Shown here: positions 48,201 through 56,650 of the stretch, in pieces
Layout: each line of letters begins with the position of its first letter
Position numbering within the stretch: the first letter of the stretch is position 1
Source of the DNA: Bacteroidales bacterium
GTDB taxonomy: Bacteria; Bacteroidota; Bacteroidia; Bacteroidales; WCHB1-69
Assembly: GCA_023229985.1 (NCBI GenBank)
Contig: JALNYF010000001.1
Coordinates: 410-64,409, forward strand
Length of the DNA stretch: 64,000 nucleotides
Direction: 5' to 3'
Notes under the pieces: model-generated
Told to the model about the DNA's origin: nothing
What the model saw: the letters and a program-made list of their open reading frames with translations, nothing else
The model's database searches: none
Program-made: the position numbers and the translations under genes

Positions 48201-48813
48201 CATTTTCTTCATGATATTGGTCGTTGAGTTGAAAATTGCTCAAATTTTTCAAAATATCGGAAGAAAAGAAAAGCGGGTCGGAGAGAATGACGGTTTGCAT
48301 GCTGCCGATAGGGGAAGCCAGAATACTTTTATCAATTTCAAGTTGTCGGGCAATATGCTCTTTTGTCAACAGTGTGTCCATACGCCGGTAATCTTGTTCA
48401 GTCAGGAAATAGGGCATATTTTGCACGATAAAATTGGTAATTTCTCCAATTTGTTGTTCATTTACTTCGTAAAGAATATCTTTGATAAGATGTGCAGTAT
48501 CGTTGGTATTGAGTTGTGTGACCAAGCTATCGACTGCATTTGTAAGTAATTCGTAATCAACTTCTTGAGCGGTATTGTCTGGCGTATTTTCTTTAATATT
48601 AATGACGATACGGTTAGAAGCTCCAATATGTTGATAGGCGTAGCTAACTCGTTTATTATCATCATTTTGAGGGAAGAAGCTGCTAATATCTTCCACGAAA
48701 TCGAGTTTTGTAATTCCCCAAGCTCCGCTTCCAACCAGCAACAGTAAAAAGAGCCATAGGAGGAGTGGCTTTTTTTCGAAGAAATGGTAAATGGAAACGA
48801 AGAAATGACGCAT
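45253..48813 (-). CDS. Fusion protein: MMPL/RND-like exporter + lysophospholipid acyltransferase + C-terminal methyltransferase-like domain
   Basis: About 12 TM segments in two bundles. The acyltransferase box 'CNHQSHLDLL' with 'FPEGTRS'. A C-terminal 'VLIKHCGQGERTLLAALIKKDLHITAVDED' resembles SAM motifs I/II. Confidence 0.75.
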   Translation of the reverse strand: MRHFFVSIYHFFEKKPLLLWLFLLLLVGSGAWGITKLDFVEDISSFFPQNDDNKRVSYAYQHIGASNRIVINIKENTPDNTAQEVDYELLTNAVDSLVTQLNTNDTAHLIKDILYEVNEQQIGEITNFIVQNMPYFLTEQDYRRMDTLLTKEHIARQLEIDKSILASPIGSMQTVILSDPLFFSSDILKNLSNFQLNDQYHEENGYIFNKTGDEAIVVVTSQYPVSETSNNAILIDHIEKAIATAEKTMNGKVDMSPFGASLVSLTNSQQIKKDSFIAVLLALVLIIGLLIFYYRSFRSILLIGCSILFGGVIALGIIVLFKNPISIIAVGAASIIFGIAVNYPIHFLSHFKKTDNKEQIIKDIVNPLLIGNLTTVGAFLSLLFISSDAMRDLGLFAALLLIGTIIFVLIFLPHFLGKKRVASVQKTYKLSFGKIANLSPEKHPWFVIIILLLTCVFFVFSFQTSFETNMHKINYMTPDQKAAFDEILAESDTTVQTIYCVAEGNTFNEALQNNESIQPQLAQLLADSTIKKCSGIGDFLPSVEMQKRRLQQWNEFWKGRDAKFWDDLKVAAQNAGFTAEAFSPCKAIIEKEYSPQPPEYFQPILQNLAESYVMTDNDKSMIYNVLSVDKSRKADIENRLNQQNEHVFAFTDSSIVSRMVEALSGDFNYVLFFCGLIVLVFLLFSFGRIEIALMSFIPLTLAWIWILGLMGIFDVKFNIVNIILATFIFGQGDDYTIFVTEGVMYEYRTGKKMLAQFKNSIILSSLIMFIGIGTLIFAKHPAMRSLAEVTIVGMISVVMMAYIIPPLIFRWLTRKKDKLRLMPITLLNLLKTIVSFIVFAISSVLLTILTSFFYIIGYKNEKLKNFYHILLCATLRILSKMMLQVKFKLINPHNERFHQPSVIICNHQSHLDLLYTLLLSPKIIVVTNRWAWNMPFYRMIVRYADFLPVGDGVEENYSKLKKMVEKGYSILIFPEGTRSEDFSILRFHQGAFRLAQQLQLDILPIVIHGTGYVLPKTEFMLRKGGVTVSILKRINSEDIHFRKNIQPLEMARLFRKLFKEEYEKLSQTVENVAYYQDLVWHNYIYKGREVAQKARSVLKNRKGNEQFVASLPNRGNVLIKHCGQGERTLLAALIKKDLHITAVDEDEELLSIAQFCTSVPKNLVYEQHVPDDKIYDCIIENKNKKI

Positions 48814-49581
48814 TTATGAATTGATTTTAAATAATTTACGAAAAATCATAGATGGATAGCCATAAAAAATGGCGATGAGGCAGAGGATTGTATTCAACAG
48901 AGAGATGCGGAAGAAGTCGGCTCCGGGTCTGAAATGGGAGACACGTTCGGACAATGGCGGGTAGTAAACGTTGATGGGAACGGGCAGGATTTTGATATTT
49001 CGCCAAGCGCAGCGAACCAATATTTCCAATTCCGTTTCGTAGCGGTTGGTAAGAAAGTTCATATTTCCCATTTTTTTCAAAGGATAAACTCTGAATCCGG
49101 ATTGTGTATCGGGTAGAAAGTGTGCAGTTTGCAGCGCAAACCAAAAATTGGAAAAGCGGTTGGCAAAAGTATTTTTTTGTGGCATATTTTCGTGTTTCAT
49201 TCCGCGGCTGCCCACCAATAAGGAATGGGGCTGTTTTTCAATTGCCGTTACAAAGTTCTCAATGTCGGCAGCTTGATGTTGTCCGTCGGAATCCATGGTG
49301 ATGGCGTAATCAAAACCTTGTTGGATGGCTTCGCGGAACGCCATTTTCAAAGCATAACCTTTGCCACGATTCGGATAATATTTGATGGCTGTAATACGGG
49401 AACCGAATTCATTCAGAATGATGGCGGAAGTATCGGTAGACCCATCATCTACCACTATCAGATGGTCGGTAACGGACAGTACGGAATCAATGACCTCTTT
49501 CAACGAGCGGGAGTTGTTGTAGGTTGGAATGACAACGCAGATTCGCAATTCGTGCATAATTTGTAAAAAATCATTACTCAT
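48814..49581 (-). CDS. Family 2 glycosyltransferase (ArnC/GtrB/DPM1-like, C-terminal TM)
   Basis: 'VVIPTYNN', 'VVDDGSTD', 'MDSDGQH', and a C-terminal hydrophobic 'LLNTILCLIAIFYGYP'. The start is ambiguous (ATG at 49593, 49581 or 49557). Confidence 0.8.
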   Translation of the reverse strand: MSNDFLQIMHELRICVVIPTYNNSRSLKEVIDSVLSVTDHLIVVDDGSTDTSAIILNEFGSRITAIKYYPNRGKGYALKMAFREAIQQGFDYAITMDSDGQHQAADIENFVTAIEKQPHSLLVGSRGMKHENMPQKNTFANRFSNFWFALQTAHFLPDTQSGFRVYPLKKMGNMNFLTNRYETELEILVRCAWRNIKILPVPINVYYPPLSERVSHFRPGADFFRISLLNTILCLIAIFYGYPSMIFRKLFKINS

Positions 49582-49951
49582 TTCCAATATCATTTAGTTC
49601 CAGATTCATTTTGCAAAATTGCACATCTTCGCAGAAAATGGTTGATTTGACCAATAAAAGCCCATTTGATGCTTCAAAAGAGAGTTGACAATCAACGATA
49701 GGATATTCATGGGGTTTCAGGAGTTTGGTAAATTTAATATTTTTAGCTTTGGTGATTCGGAGTGGGCGTTCATAAAATGTTTCCGACAATTCACAGCAGA
49801 GTTGTACCAAACATACTCCGGGTGTAATCGGATTGGAGGGGAAATGACCTTCATAAATAGCAAAATCGGGGTTGAGTTTTACCTTAAATGTTACAACGTC
49901 CGCTGCGGGAGTATCGCATGAAAGAATAGAAAATAGACGATTAATCAGCAT
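49574..49951 (-). CDS. Hotdog-fold 3-hydroxyacyl-ACP dehydratase (APE-cluster type)
   Basis: 'EGHFPSNPITPGVCLVQ' FabA/FabZ-type active-site motif. 125 aa. Confidence 0.7.
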   Translation of the reverse strand: MLINRLFSILSCDTPAADVVTFKVKLNPDFAIYEGHFPSNPITPGVCLVQLCCELSETFYERPLRITKAKNIKFTKLLKPHEYPIVDCQLSFEASNGLLLVKSTIFCEDVQFCKMNLELNDIGNE

Positions 49952-49956
49952 TTTGA

Positions 49957-50319
49957 CTATTTTAAAACAATAAGAATTGCTCCGACAATAGCGAAGATAA
50001 TCCCTATCCAGCGTGTAATCGGAATTACTTCATGAAGTAGAAACTGAGCCGCAAACATTCCGATGATGTATCCGAAGAAAACAAGTGAATAGGCGAGGCT
50101 GAAGTCATTGTTTCTCAGAATATACATCCACAATATCCACGCGGAAAAAGCCAATATCCCCGAAGCGGCAAATTGCCATGTGGTCAGTACATTTTTAAAA
50201 TAATCTATTGACCAGGAAAATTTTCCAAATAAGATAACGGATTTTTGTAGAAGCAATTGAGCTCCTACCAGGAATAAAGATTGTAATAAAACCAAAGGTA
50301 TTAGGACAGGTAATTTCAT
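49957..50319 (-). CDS. Small 4-TM DMT/EamA-half (ArnE/ArnF-like) membrane protein
   Basis: 120 aa with four hydrophobic helices. ATGA overlap with the upstream gene. Confidence 0.55.
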   Translation of the reverse strand: MKLPVLIPLVLLQSLFLVGAQLLLQKSVILFGKFSWSIDYFKNVLTTWQFAASGILAFSAWILWMYILRNNDFSLAYSLVFFGYIIGMFAAQFLLHEVIPITRWIGIIFAIVGAILIVLK

Positions 50320-51377
50320 ATTTTTGATAATAACATTAATGAATGATCTTTATTTTGGAAATGGTTATACACCAAAACGTGGCTTATGTTTGTGGAGCGG
50401 GCAACGGAGTTATAGAGCAGGTGTGGTGGAATAAGATTGTTTTTCAGGCACATGGAGGCGGTGTAGGCTCCGAAAGAGGAGGCACTATACGATTCTCCAA
50501 AGACATGTTTATACCAAACGACCGGAATATTGGGGAAACAATTTTGCGAAATTTGATGATAAACCGCATCATTCTCAATATCTCCGTTCAATCCCATCAC
50601 TACCGCATCGATTTCGCCGAGTGCTATCCCGTTTTTTATTAGCATGTTTTCCATTCTTGACCGAATTTCGGTGATGGATGGTGCATACATCAATTCAATA
50701 TCATTCAGTTGGCACAAAGCATCTTGATTCGGAGAATCTGTTAGTAGTAATGCTAATGAGCAACTTCCTGAGATAGAACCAATGGTGTCAGCTTTTTTTA
50801 AAGAATCAATCGTAAATGGATCTTTTTTCCAATAGCCGAGTTTCCCCAGCATGTTAAAATAGTCGGGTGTCATTTCGTCGTGGCCGCCTACTAATGCGGA
50901 ATGAATATCGCCTACTTTCATTTGCACAAAGGCGTCTAACAAACTGCTTTCGAAGGAGGTTCCTCTGTGGGAGTAGGTGCTGTTGTAGCCGTGACATTTC
51001 AGGTAAAGGGCTATTTGTGAGCTGATAGTATTATGGGTGGACTGCATAAAGGCAGTAGGGGGCAGGCAATCTTCGTTATTATCAATAATGGCGTGGAGGA
51101 ATTTTTCTGTATTGTCGATACACCCCAGACCGGTTCCCGAAATGATGGCATCTACATTTTCGAAGTGACTCCTATGAAGAACATCTAAGGAGGTGGTGAT
51201 GGCGCGTTTCATTAATTTGCCCATTCTTCTGGCTTCCATTGGTGAAAGAAAACGTTTGTAATCAGGTTCGATAGATTCGTTGAAAATATTTTGTGGAACA
51301 TGCGGGTTGCTAAACCATTGGTCTGACAACGGTTCTTGGAGTGAGATTTGAGAAATAGCCTGAATGAATGTTTTCAT
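50316..51377 (-). CDS. Ketosynthase-like protein lacking the His-His pair (chain-length-factor-like)
   Basis: Thiolase-like sequence. By-eye alignment puts 'GLNGDIEND' where KS has 'AHGTGT..ND', and 'FGESYSASS' where KS has 'GH..GAAG'. Confidence 0.6.
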   Translation of the reverse strand: MKTFIQAISQISLQEPLSDQWFSNPHVPQNIFNESIEPDYKRFLSPMEARRMGKLMKRAITTSLDVLHRSHFENVDAIISGTGLGCIDNTEKFLHAIIDNNEDCLPPTAFMQSTHNTISSQIALYLKCHGYNSTYSHRGTSFESSLLDAFVQMKVGDIHSALVGGHDEMTPDYFNMLGKLGYWKKDPFTIDSLKKADTIGSISGSCSLALLLTDSPNQDALCQLNDIELMYAPSITEIRSRMENMLIKNGIALGEIDAVVMGLNGDIENDAVYHQISQNCFPNIPVVWYKHVFGESYSASSFGAYTASMCLKNNLIPPHLLYNSVARSTNISHVLVYNHFQNKDHSLMLLSKI

Positions 51378-51381
51378 AGTA

Positions 51382-52584
51382 TTATATTTTTGAAAAGATG
51401 CATGAAGAATCGTTACCGCCGAAACCGAAAGAGTTGGTTAAGATATGGTCAAGGGTAACGTTAGTGACGACATTTTTCACCGGTTCAAAGGAGAGAGATG
51501 GGATTTTTTCGCTAAAATTCAAGTTTGCAGGAATAAAATTTTTCACCATTGCGAGGATTGAGATGACACATTCCAAGCTTCCGGAGGCGCTGGTGGTGTG
51601 ACCGGTATAAGATTTGGTAGAAGATATGGGAGGAATGTTATTCCCGAAGACGCGCATGATGGCATTTCCTTCGCTTTCGTCATTACTTTCCGTGCCCGTG
51701 CCGTGTGCATTGATGTAGTCGATATCAGATGGTTGCAGTTGTGCCGATTTCAAGGCGTCGGTCATGGATAAATAGGCACCTTCCCCGTCCGGAGATGAAG
51801 CGGTTTGGTGGTAAGCATCGCAGCAGTTGGCGTAGCCCGACAGCCGGCAGATCGGTTTGACGTGTCGTTCGGTCGCTGATGTTTCTGTTTCCAGCACCAA
51901 AAAGGCGGCTCCTTCCCCAAGATTAAGACCTTGCCGGTTTTTATCAAATGGCTTGCACAACTCTGGATCAAGAATCATCAGTGAATGGAATCCGTCGAGG
52001 TGAAATTTGCTCAGGCACTCGCTACCGCCCACGATGGCGGCATCTACGCAACCGGACTTAATCAGATTTGCCCCCAAGATGACAGAATTGACGGCTGACG
52101 AACAGGCAGTGGAAATAGTGGTCATCATATCAAATTTTCCCGTATATTCCATTGCCATCATTTCGCAACAAGCTCCGCAGTCGTGCAGGGCGATGTACTC
52201 GGTTTTATAATCTGAATGGATATCTAAAAAATCAATATAATATTGTTCGCTTTTTTCCATGCCCCCTACTGTTGTGCCGGCGATAAACGCGATTCGTTTT
52301 GGACGATTTTGCAAAATATCGGCACTACGTAGAGCTTCATGAAGCGCGGCGCGCCCCAATAGGGAAGTCCGTGTAATCGACAAATTCTTATCGACATGAA
52401 GTAATTCCCGCAACTCATCATCGCTATATGGAACTTCGCCGACGGGTAAATCTGTAAACTTTGTGTTCAAATATTTCATTTTGCCCACAAACGTTTTCCC
52501 CTTCAACAGTGCCTGTTCCGTTTTTTCGACGCCCCAGCCCAGTGCGGAAATGACCCCCAATCCTGTAACGACAATTTTATTCAT
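51382..52584 (-). CDS. Beta-ketoacyl-ACP synthase (KS, Cys-His-His)
   Basis: 'STACSSAV', 'NAHGTGTESND', 'KSYTGHTTSASG', 'NSFGFGGNDS'. Confidence 0.85.
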   Translation of the reverse strand: MNKIVVTGLGVISALGWGVEKTEQALLKGKTFVGKMKYLNTKFTDLPVGEVPYSDDELRELLHVDKNLSITRTSLLGRAALHEALRSADILQNRPKRIAFIAGTTVGGMEKSEQYYIDFLDIHSDYKTEYIALHDCGACCEMMAMEYTGKFDMMTTISTACSSAVNSVILGANLIKSGCVDAAIVGGSECLSKFHLDGFHSLMILDPELCKPFDKNRQGLNLGEGAAFLVLETETSATERHVKPICRLSGYANCCDAYHQTASSPDGEGAYLSMTDALKSAQLQPSDIDYINAHGTGTESNDESEGNAIMRVFGNNIPPISSTKSYTGHTTSASGSLECVISILAMVKNFIPANLNFSEKIPSLSFEPVKNVVTNVTLDHILTNSFGFGGNDSSCIFSKI

Positions 52585-52842
52585 TTATTTGGTTCTGTGT
52601 GCTTGGATATACTCTGCCATAATGCGAACCGATTTAAAAATCTCTCTTCCCTCGGACGCATTTGCCAACTTAATACCGTAGTTTTTTTCCATCATAACGA
52701 TAAGTTCTAAAGCATCAATTGAATCCAACCCTAATCCTTCTCCAAACAAAGGAGCATTTTCATCAATATCCTCAGGTTTCATACCTTCTAAATTGAGGAC
52801 TTCAATAATTTGTTTCTTTAATTCTTCAATTAATTGTTCCAT
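52585..52842 (-). CDS. Acyl carrier protein
   Basis: 85 aa with 'LGLDSIDALELIV' phosphopantetheine site. Confidence 0.9.
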   Translation of the reverse strand: MEQLIEELKKQIIEVLNLEGMKPEDIDENAPLFGEGLGLDSIDALELIVMMEKNYGIKLANASEGREIFKSVRIMAEYIQAHRTK

Positions 52843-52845
52843 AGT

Positions 52846-53475
52846 TTAATAATATATTTGATTAATATTTGTTTCATTCAATTCTATAATACTTTTGTCG
52901 GGGTGGGTGGTAATTACCATCATCATCACATCGCAATTCTCTTCATAATAATCTATCCAACCACATAAAGCATATTCAATTTGCGGATTTACCTCAAAAG
53001 TTTTAATAACATTTGTTATAAAAGATGGTGTGTTAAATAGTTGCTCAATATAAAAAGATGTTTCTCCCTGAATCTTATATTTAATTGCCAATTCTCCAAT
53101 TACAATATTTGGCAGAGTATAGACAAAAACCGAAGGGCTGGGGAAATAATTATTCTCGTTTTGTATCGTGGCTTGATACTCGGTATCGTCATCTAACGAA
53201 GATACGCTGTTCATTCCGATAATTGCCCAGTTGGTTTTAATTTCATCGGGCTTGACCATAAAATTCTGCATGATCGGTTCGGCAGCCAAAATGCCCGATT
53301 TACACAATTTGTCCATTTTGAAAAACTTGGGATAGTTCATATTCAATGCTCTATAAATGTCGTGTAACCATAGATCCTGACTTTCCGGATTGCGCAACAG
53401 CATCTTGTCTCCGTTGACGCAGAACTCGGTTGGGGTTATTTTTGAATAAGAAGCTATATGATAAGTTTTCATCAT
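52846..53475 (-). CDS. Hypothetical 209-aa protein embedded between ACP and KS (possible thiolase-like fragment or docking protein)
   Basis: An ORF 3 nt from the ACP gene and 9 nt from the KS gene. No catalytic motif recognised. Confidence 0.45.
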   Translation of the reverse strand: MMKTYHIASYSKITPTEFCVNGDKMLLRNPESQDLWLHDIYRALNMNYPKFFKMDKLCKSGILAAEPIMQNFMVKPDEIKTNWAIIGMNSVSSLDDDTEYQATIQNENNYFPSPSVFVYTLPNIVIGELAIKYKIQGETSFYIEQLFNTPSFITNVIKTFEVNPQIEYALCGWIDYYEENCDVMMMVITTHPDKSIIELNETNINQIYY

Positions 53476-53484
53476 TGGATTTTC

Positions 53485-54678
53485 TTAATGTCTCATTGTA
53501 ATTGCTATGGCTGCATTTCCGCCGCCGAAGCCGGAAATCATCTTCAAAAAGGCATCTTTTTTGGAACAGTCTTCTTTTCCGTCTGCCACATGAATTTTTT
53601 GCGCGGTTCCCGGAACATCACAGCCTAACGTTTTGATAATATGATGATTTTGAAGAGCCAGCGTGGAAATAATCACCTCTAAAACACCGGCAGCTCCCAG
53701 GGTATGCCCGAAATAGGATTTTAAACTATTGACGGGGAGGTGTGACAGCGCGGCGCGGTGAAGGGCAATAGATTCCATATCGTCGTTGTAAAGGGTTGCC
53801 GTGCCGTGCGCATTGACGAAGGCAAGTCGTTCGAGATTTAGATTTTTCGTTGCTTGCATGATGGCGCGATATTGTCCTTCGGCAGTACGTGAAGGACCTG
53901 AAATGTGGTTGGCATCATTGCAGATAGCACCTGCATGAAAGCTAATGACGTCAGAAGGAGCAGATGTATTCGAAGTATAGGTTGATTCATAAATGATGGT
54001 GGCAGCCGCTTCCCCCAGATTCAATCCGCAACGTTCCGCGTCGAAAGGCTTACATCTTTCCGGCGACAATGCTTTGAAAGATTGAAATCCCGAAATGATG
54101 AATTTGGAAAGTACTTCCGCTCCAACGACTACGACATAATGATAAGTGCGATGACCATCTGATTTCTCGGCTATCGTTTCACCACTGGGATGATACAAAA
54201 AACGCTCGGCTGCAATTTGAGCGGCACAGCCCGAAATACAGGCATTGCTGACTACCAAAGGTTCATTGGGATTATTAAAAAAACGACTTATTAGTTGTGC
54301 AGAACGCCACAAATAGAGTCGTTCTTTTTCAAAACCGCGGAGGTCTTCCAATAAATCGACATTTCCTTTCGTAGTGGAAAGGATGAACAATACGTCCGGT
54401 GAGGCAAGGTCAATAGAGGTTTGGGCAACTGCTCCTTGAACGGAGAGAATTGCCATTTTTTCGAATCGCGTATAGATCGTTGTGTCTGTATGTGGCAAAG
54501 CAGAAAAATAATCCTCTATTTTTTCATCGTTCATTAAGGACGCACAGAATGGGCCCGGCAGTCCGAACTTTGATGAATAGATTGTCAAGTCCGACTTCCC
54601 GGCACAGACCGCCTGATAGTTTTCGGAGGAAGAAAAGCCAAGGGGAGAAACAATATTATGTGATAACATATTCATCAT
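53485..54678 (-). CDS. Beta-ketoacyl-ACP synthase (KS, Cys-His-His)
   Basis: 'SNACISGCAA', 'NAHGTATLYND', 'KSYFGHTLGAAG', 'SGFGGGNAA'. The start 'MMNMLSHNIVSPLG' (ATG at 54678) overlaps the thioesterase stop (ATGA). Confidence 0.85.
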   Translation of the reverse strand: MMNMLSHNIVSPLGFSSSENYQAVCAGKSDLTIYSSKFGLPGPFCASLMNDEKIEDYFSALPHTDTTIYTRFEKMAILSVQGAVAQTSIDLASPDVLFILSTTKGNVDLLEDLRGFEKERLYLWRSAQLISRFFNNPNEPLVVSNACISGCAAQIAAERFLYHPSGETIAEKSDGHRTYHYVVVVGAEVLSKFIISGFQSFKALSPERCKPFDAERCGLNLGEAAATIIYESTYTSNTSAPSDVISFHAGAICNDANHISGPSRTAEGQYRAIMQATKNLNLERLAFVNAHGTATLYNDDMESIALHRAALSHLPVNSLKSYFGHTLGAAGVLEVIISTLALQNHHIIKTLGCDVPGTAQKIHVADGKEDCSKKDAFLKMISGFGGGNAAIAITMRH

Positions 54679-55106
54679 AGCAATCCTTTTTCTTTTTTCC
54701 AATTTTGATAAAAAGTGGGGCAGTTCCATACCAACTGATAATCTTTGTCCAAGAAAACCTGAACACTATAGCCTTTTACCATCAATGTATGGGTGTTTAG
54801 ATTGACGATTTCATAATCGAAGATGATTTTGGCGGCATCCGTATTTCGGTAGGTAATGGTAATTTCTACATTATCTTGATAACGGATGGGTTGTTTATAG
54901 TTCAGATGGAGTTCCACCAATGGGGCATAGAAGCCGTTTTCGTATATAAAGAGGTATTCTAAACCATATTTTTTTCCAAACAATTCGCGGGCATCTTCAA
55001 AATAAAGAGCGTAATTACCATGCCATACAATATTCATGGAATCTACTTCACTGAAGCGGACATCAAAATTTTTTGTGGCAGTTAATTTCAGATTTGGGTT
55101 ATTCAT
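54675..55106 (-). CDS. 4HBT/YbgC-type hotdog acyl thioesterase
   Basis: 'FDVRFSEVDSMNIVWHGNYALYFEDARE'. 143 aa. Confidence 0.8.
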   Translation of the reverse strand: MNNPNLKLTATKNFDVRFSEVDSMNIVWHGNYALYFEDARELFGKKYGLEYLFIYENGFYAPLVELHLNYKQPIRYQDNVEITITYRNTDAAKIIFDYEIVNLNTHTLMVKGYSVQVFLDKDYQLVWNCPTFYQNWKKEKGLL

Positions 55107-55521
55107 TCTCTTTATTGGTTTTAAAAACTTTCATTTTGCATGAGGCGATTAGCGTTTCTTCGCAGTAAACCTTGGCAGTTACCAAAACGGCTTGGTCAAG
55201 ATTCAGTTCCTCAGTCATTTCGGTATGAATAATGGTTCCGCATGGGGGTATTTCAAAAAGCTCAAAATCGTTGATTGCGCCAATTACTCCGATAGCTACC
55301 GGTTGATCTTGATTCATGTAACCGATTTGGGCAGCAGATGTTTGTGCAATATTTTCCATAATACCTGCGACCGACAGCTGATGATTTTCTACCAAGATGC
55401 ACGCTTCTTTAATCTCAAAATCGGTTACAATCATACTATTATTACATTGAATAATATTATCAATCATAACCATTGGAGGTTTTTGAGGAATAAAAGCGGA
55501 AGCGTTGGCGGGTAAACTCAT
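55099..55521 (-). CDS. Hotdog-fold dehydratase (second APE-type DH)
   Basis: 'IPQKPPMVMID' N-terminus, 140 aa, hotdog-size. It overlaps the downstream gene by 8 nt. Confidence 0.6.
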   Translation of the reverse strand: MSLPANASAFIPQKPPMVMIDNIIQCNNSMIVTDFEIKEACILVENHQLSVAGIMENIAQTSAAQIGYMNQDQPVAIGVIGAINDFELFEIPPCGTIIHTEMTEELNLDQAVLVTAKVYCEETLIASCKMKVFKTNKENE

Positions 55522-55533
55522 AGCAAAATCAGG

Positions 55534-56622
55534 TTAGAATTTTAAACTGCACTGCATAATACTGTGTGCAAGTCCGACACTGTCATAGATTTCATCAATT
55601 TGCAGACCGGAATTGGTGATACATTTTGCCATATCTTCGGAATAGTACATTTTGCTGTTTCCGTTTGCCATGGCAGTAAAATAGAGACTAATTTGGGCGA
55701 GGCAGTAGGAGGCGGTTTCAAATCTTTGTCTGTCCCAGAAAGTTTCCATAATGTACAATTTTGTATTGGGGGACATTGATTGAGCGGCACGGGACAAGAT
55801 GGAGCAAACTTGTTCTTCCGAGAAACAGTCCAAGAATTGGCTCATCCAGATAACGTCATAACCTTTTGGGAAAACGGTGGCATGATCTAAGAGATTGGCT
55901 TTGTAGCCGTCAATCCTATCGGCACCGGCGATGGAAGCGGTTTGTTTTTTCATCATTTCCAATTGTTGGGGTAGATCCATAATGGTAACTTTTACGTCCG
56001 GGCTGAATTTAACGCATTGCAATGCCCAGCGTCCGGTATTGCCGCCCACGTCCAGCAAAGTGCGCGGGTTGTCGTTAAAGACAATTTCGAGTGCTTGTTC
56101 AAAAGAGTTGTCGGAATAATAATGGTCAAAAGCGAACCAGCTTTTTTTGGCTACTTCGGGCAGTTGCGACAATCCTTCATAGATAGTGGACCAATTACCC
56201 AACACTTTGAGCCCTTCCGGTTTCCCGTTCAAGATGGCTTCTTCCAGATGGAAAAGTCCCAAGTAATTGACATCGTGATTAAAATCCATGTTAACACGTG
56301 CCATGTCATCATGAAGTAAAAACCAACCGGCTTTTGCCAAGAAGAAACGTTCTGCTTTAACATAAATAGTGCCAATGGTCAGCGAGGATTCCAATAAAGT
56401 CTGTACACCATACTTGGAAATATTTGATTTCTCAGTAATTTCTTCTAAGGTAAGACCTTCATTATGTTCGTTGAGCATTTGGAAAATACCCCATTTAACC
56501 ATCAAACGTGACACTTGAAAAACAATCGGTCCGAAGGCTATTTCTTGTGCCAACCGTTGAGCTTGCAGGGCGGAAAAACGTTCTTTTTCGTAAATTTCTT
56601 TTTGTGGTGATAACAATTTCAT
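55534..56622 (-). CDS. Class I SAM-dependent methyltransferase (O-methyltransferase family 2-like with N-terminal winged-helix/dimerisation domain)
   Basis: SAM motif I 'LLDVGGNTGRWA', then 'IMDLPQ' and 'YDVIWMSQFLDCF'. Confidence 0.8.
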   Translation of the reverse strand: MKLLSPQKEIYEKERFSALQAQRLAQEIAFGPIVFQVSRLMVKWGIFQMLNEHNEGLTLEEITEKSNISKYGVQTLLESSLTIGTIYVKAERFFLAKAGWFLLHDDMARVNMDFNHDVNYLGLFHLEEAILNGKPEGLKVLGNWSTIYEGLSQLPEVAKKSWFAFDHYYSDNSFEQALEIVFNDNPRTLLDVGGNTGRWALQCVKFSPDVKVTIMDLPQQLEMMKKQTASIAGADRIDGYKANLLDHATVFPKGYDVIWMSQFLDCFSEEQVCSILSRAAQSMSPNTKLYIMETFWDRQRFETASYCLAQISLYFTAMANGNSKMYYSEDMAKCITNSGLQIDEIYDSVGLAHSIMQCSLKF

Positions 56623-56650
56623 ATAATATTGATATTTATTAACTTCATTA

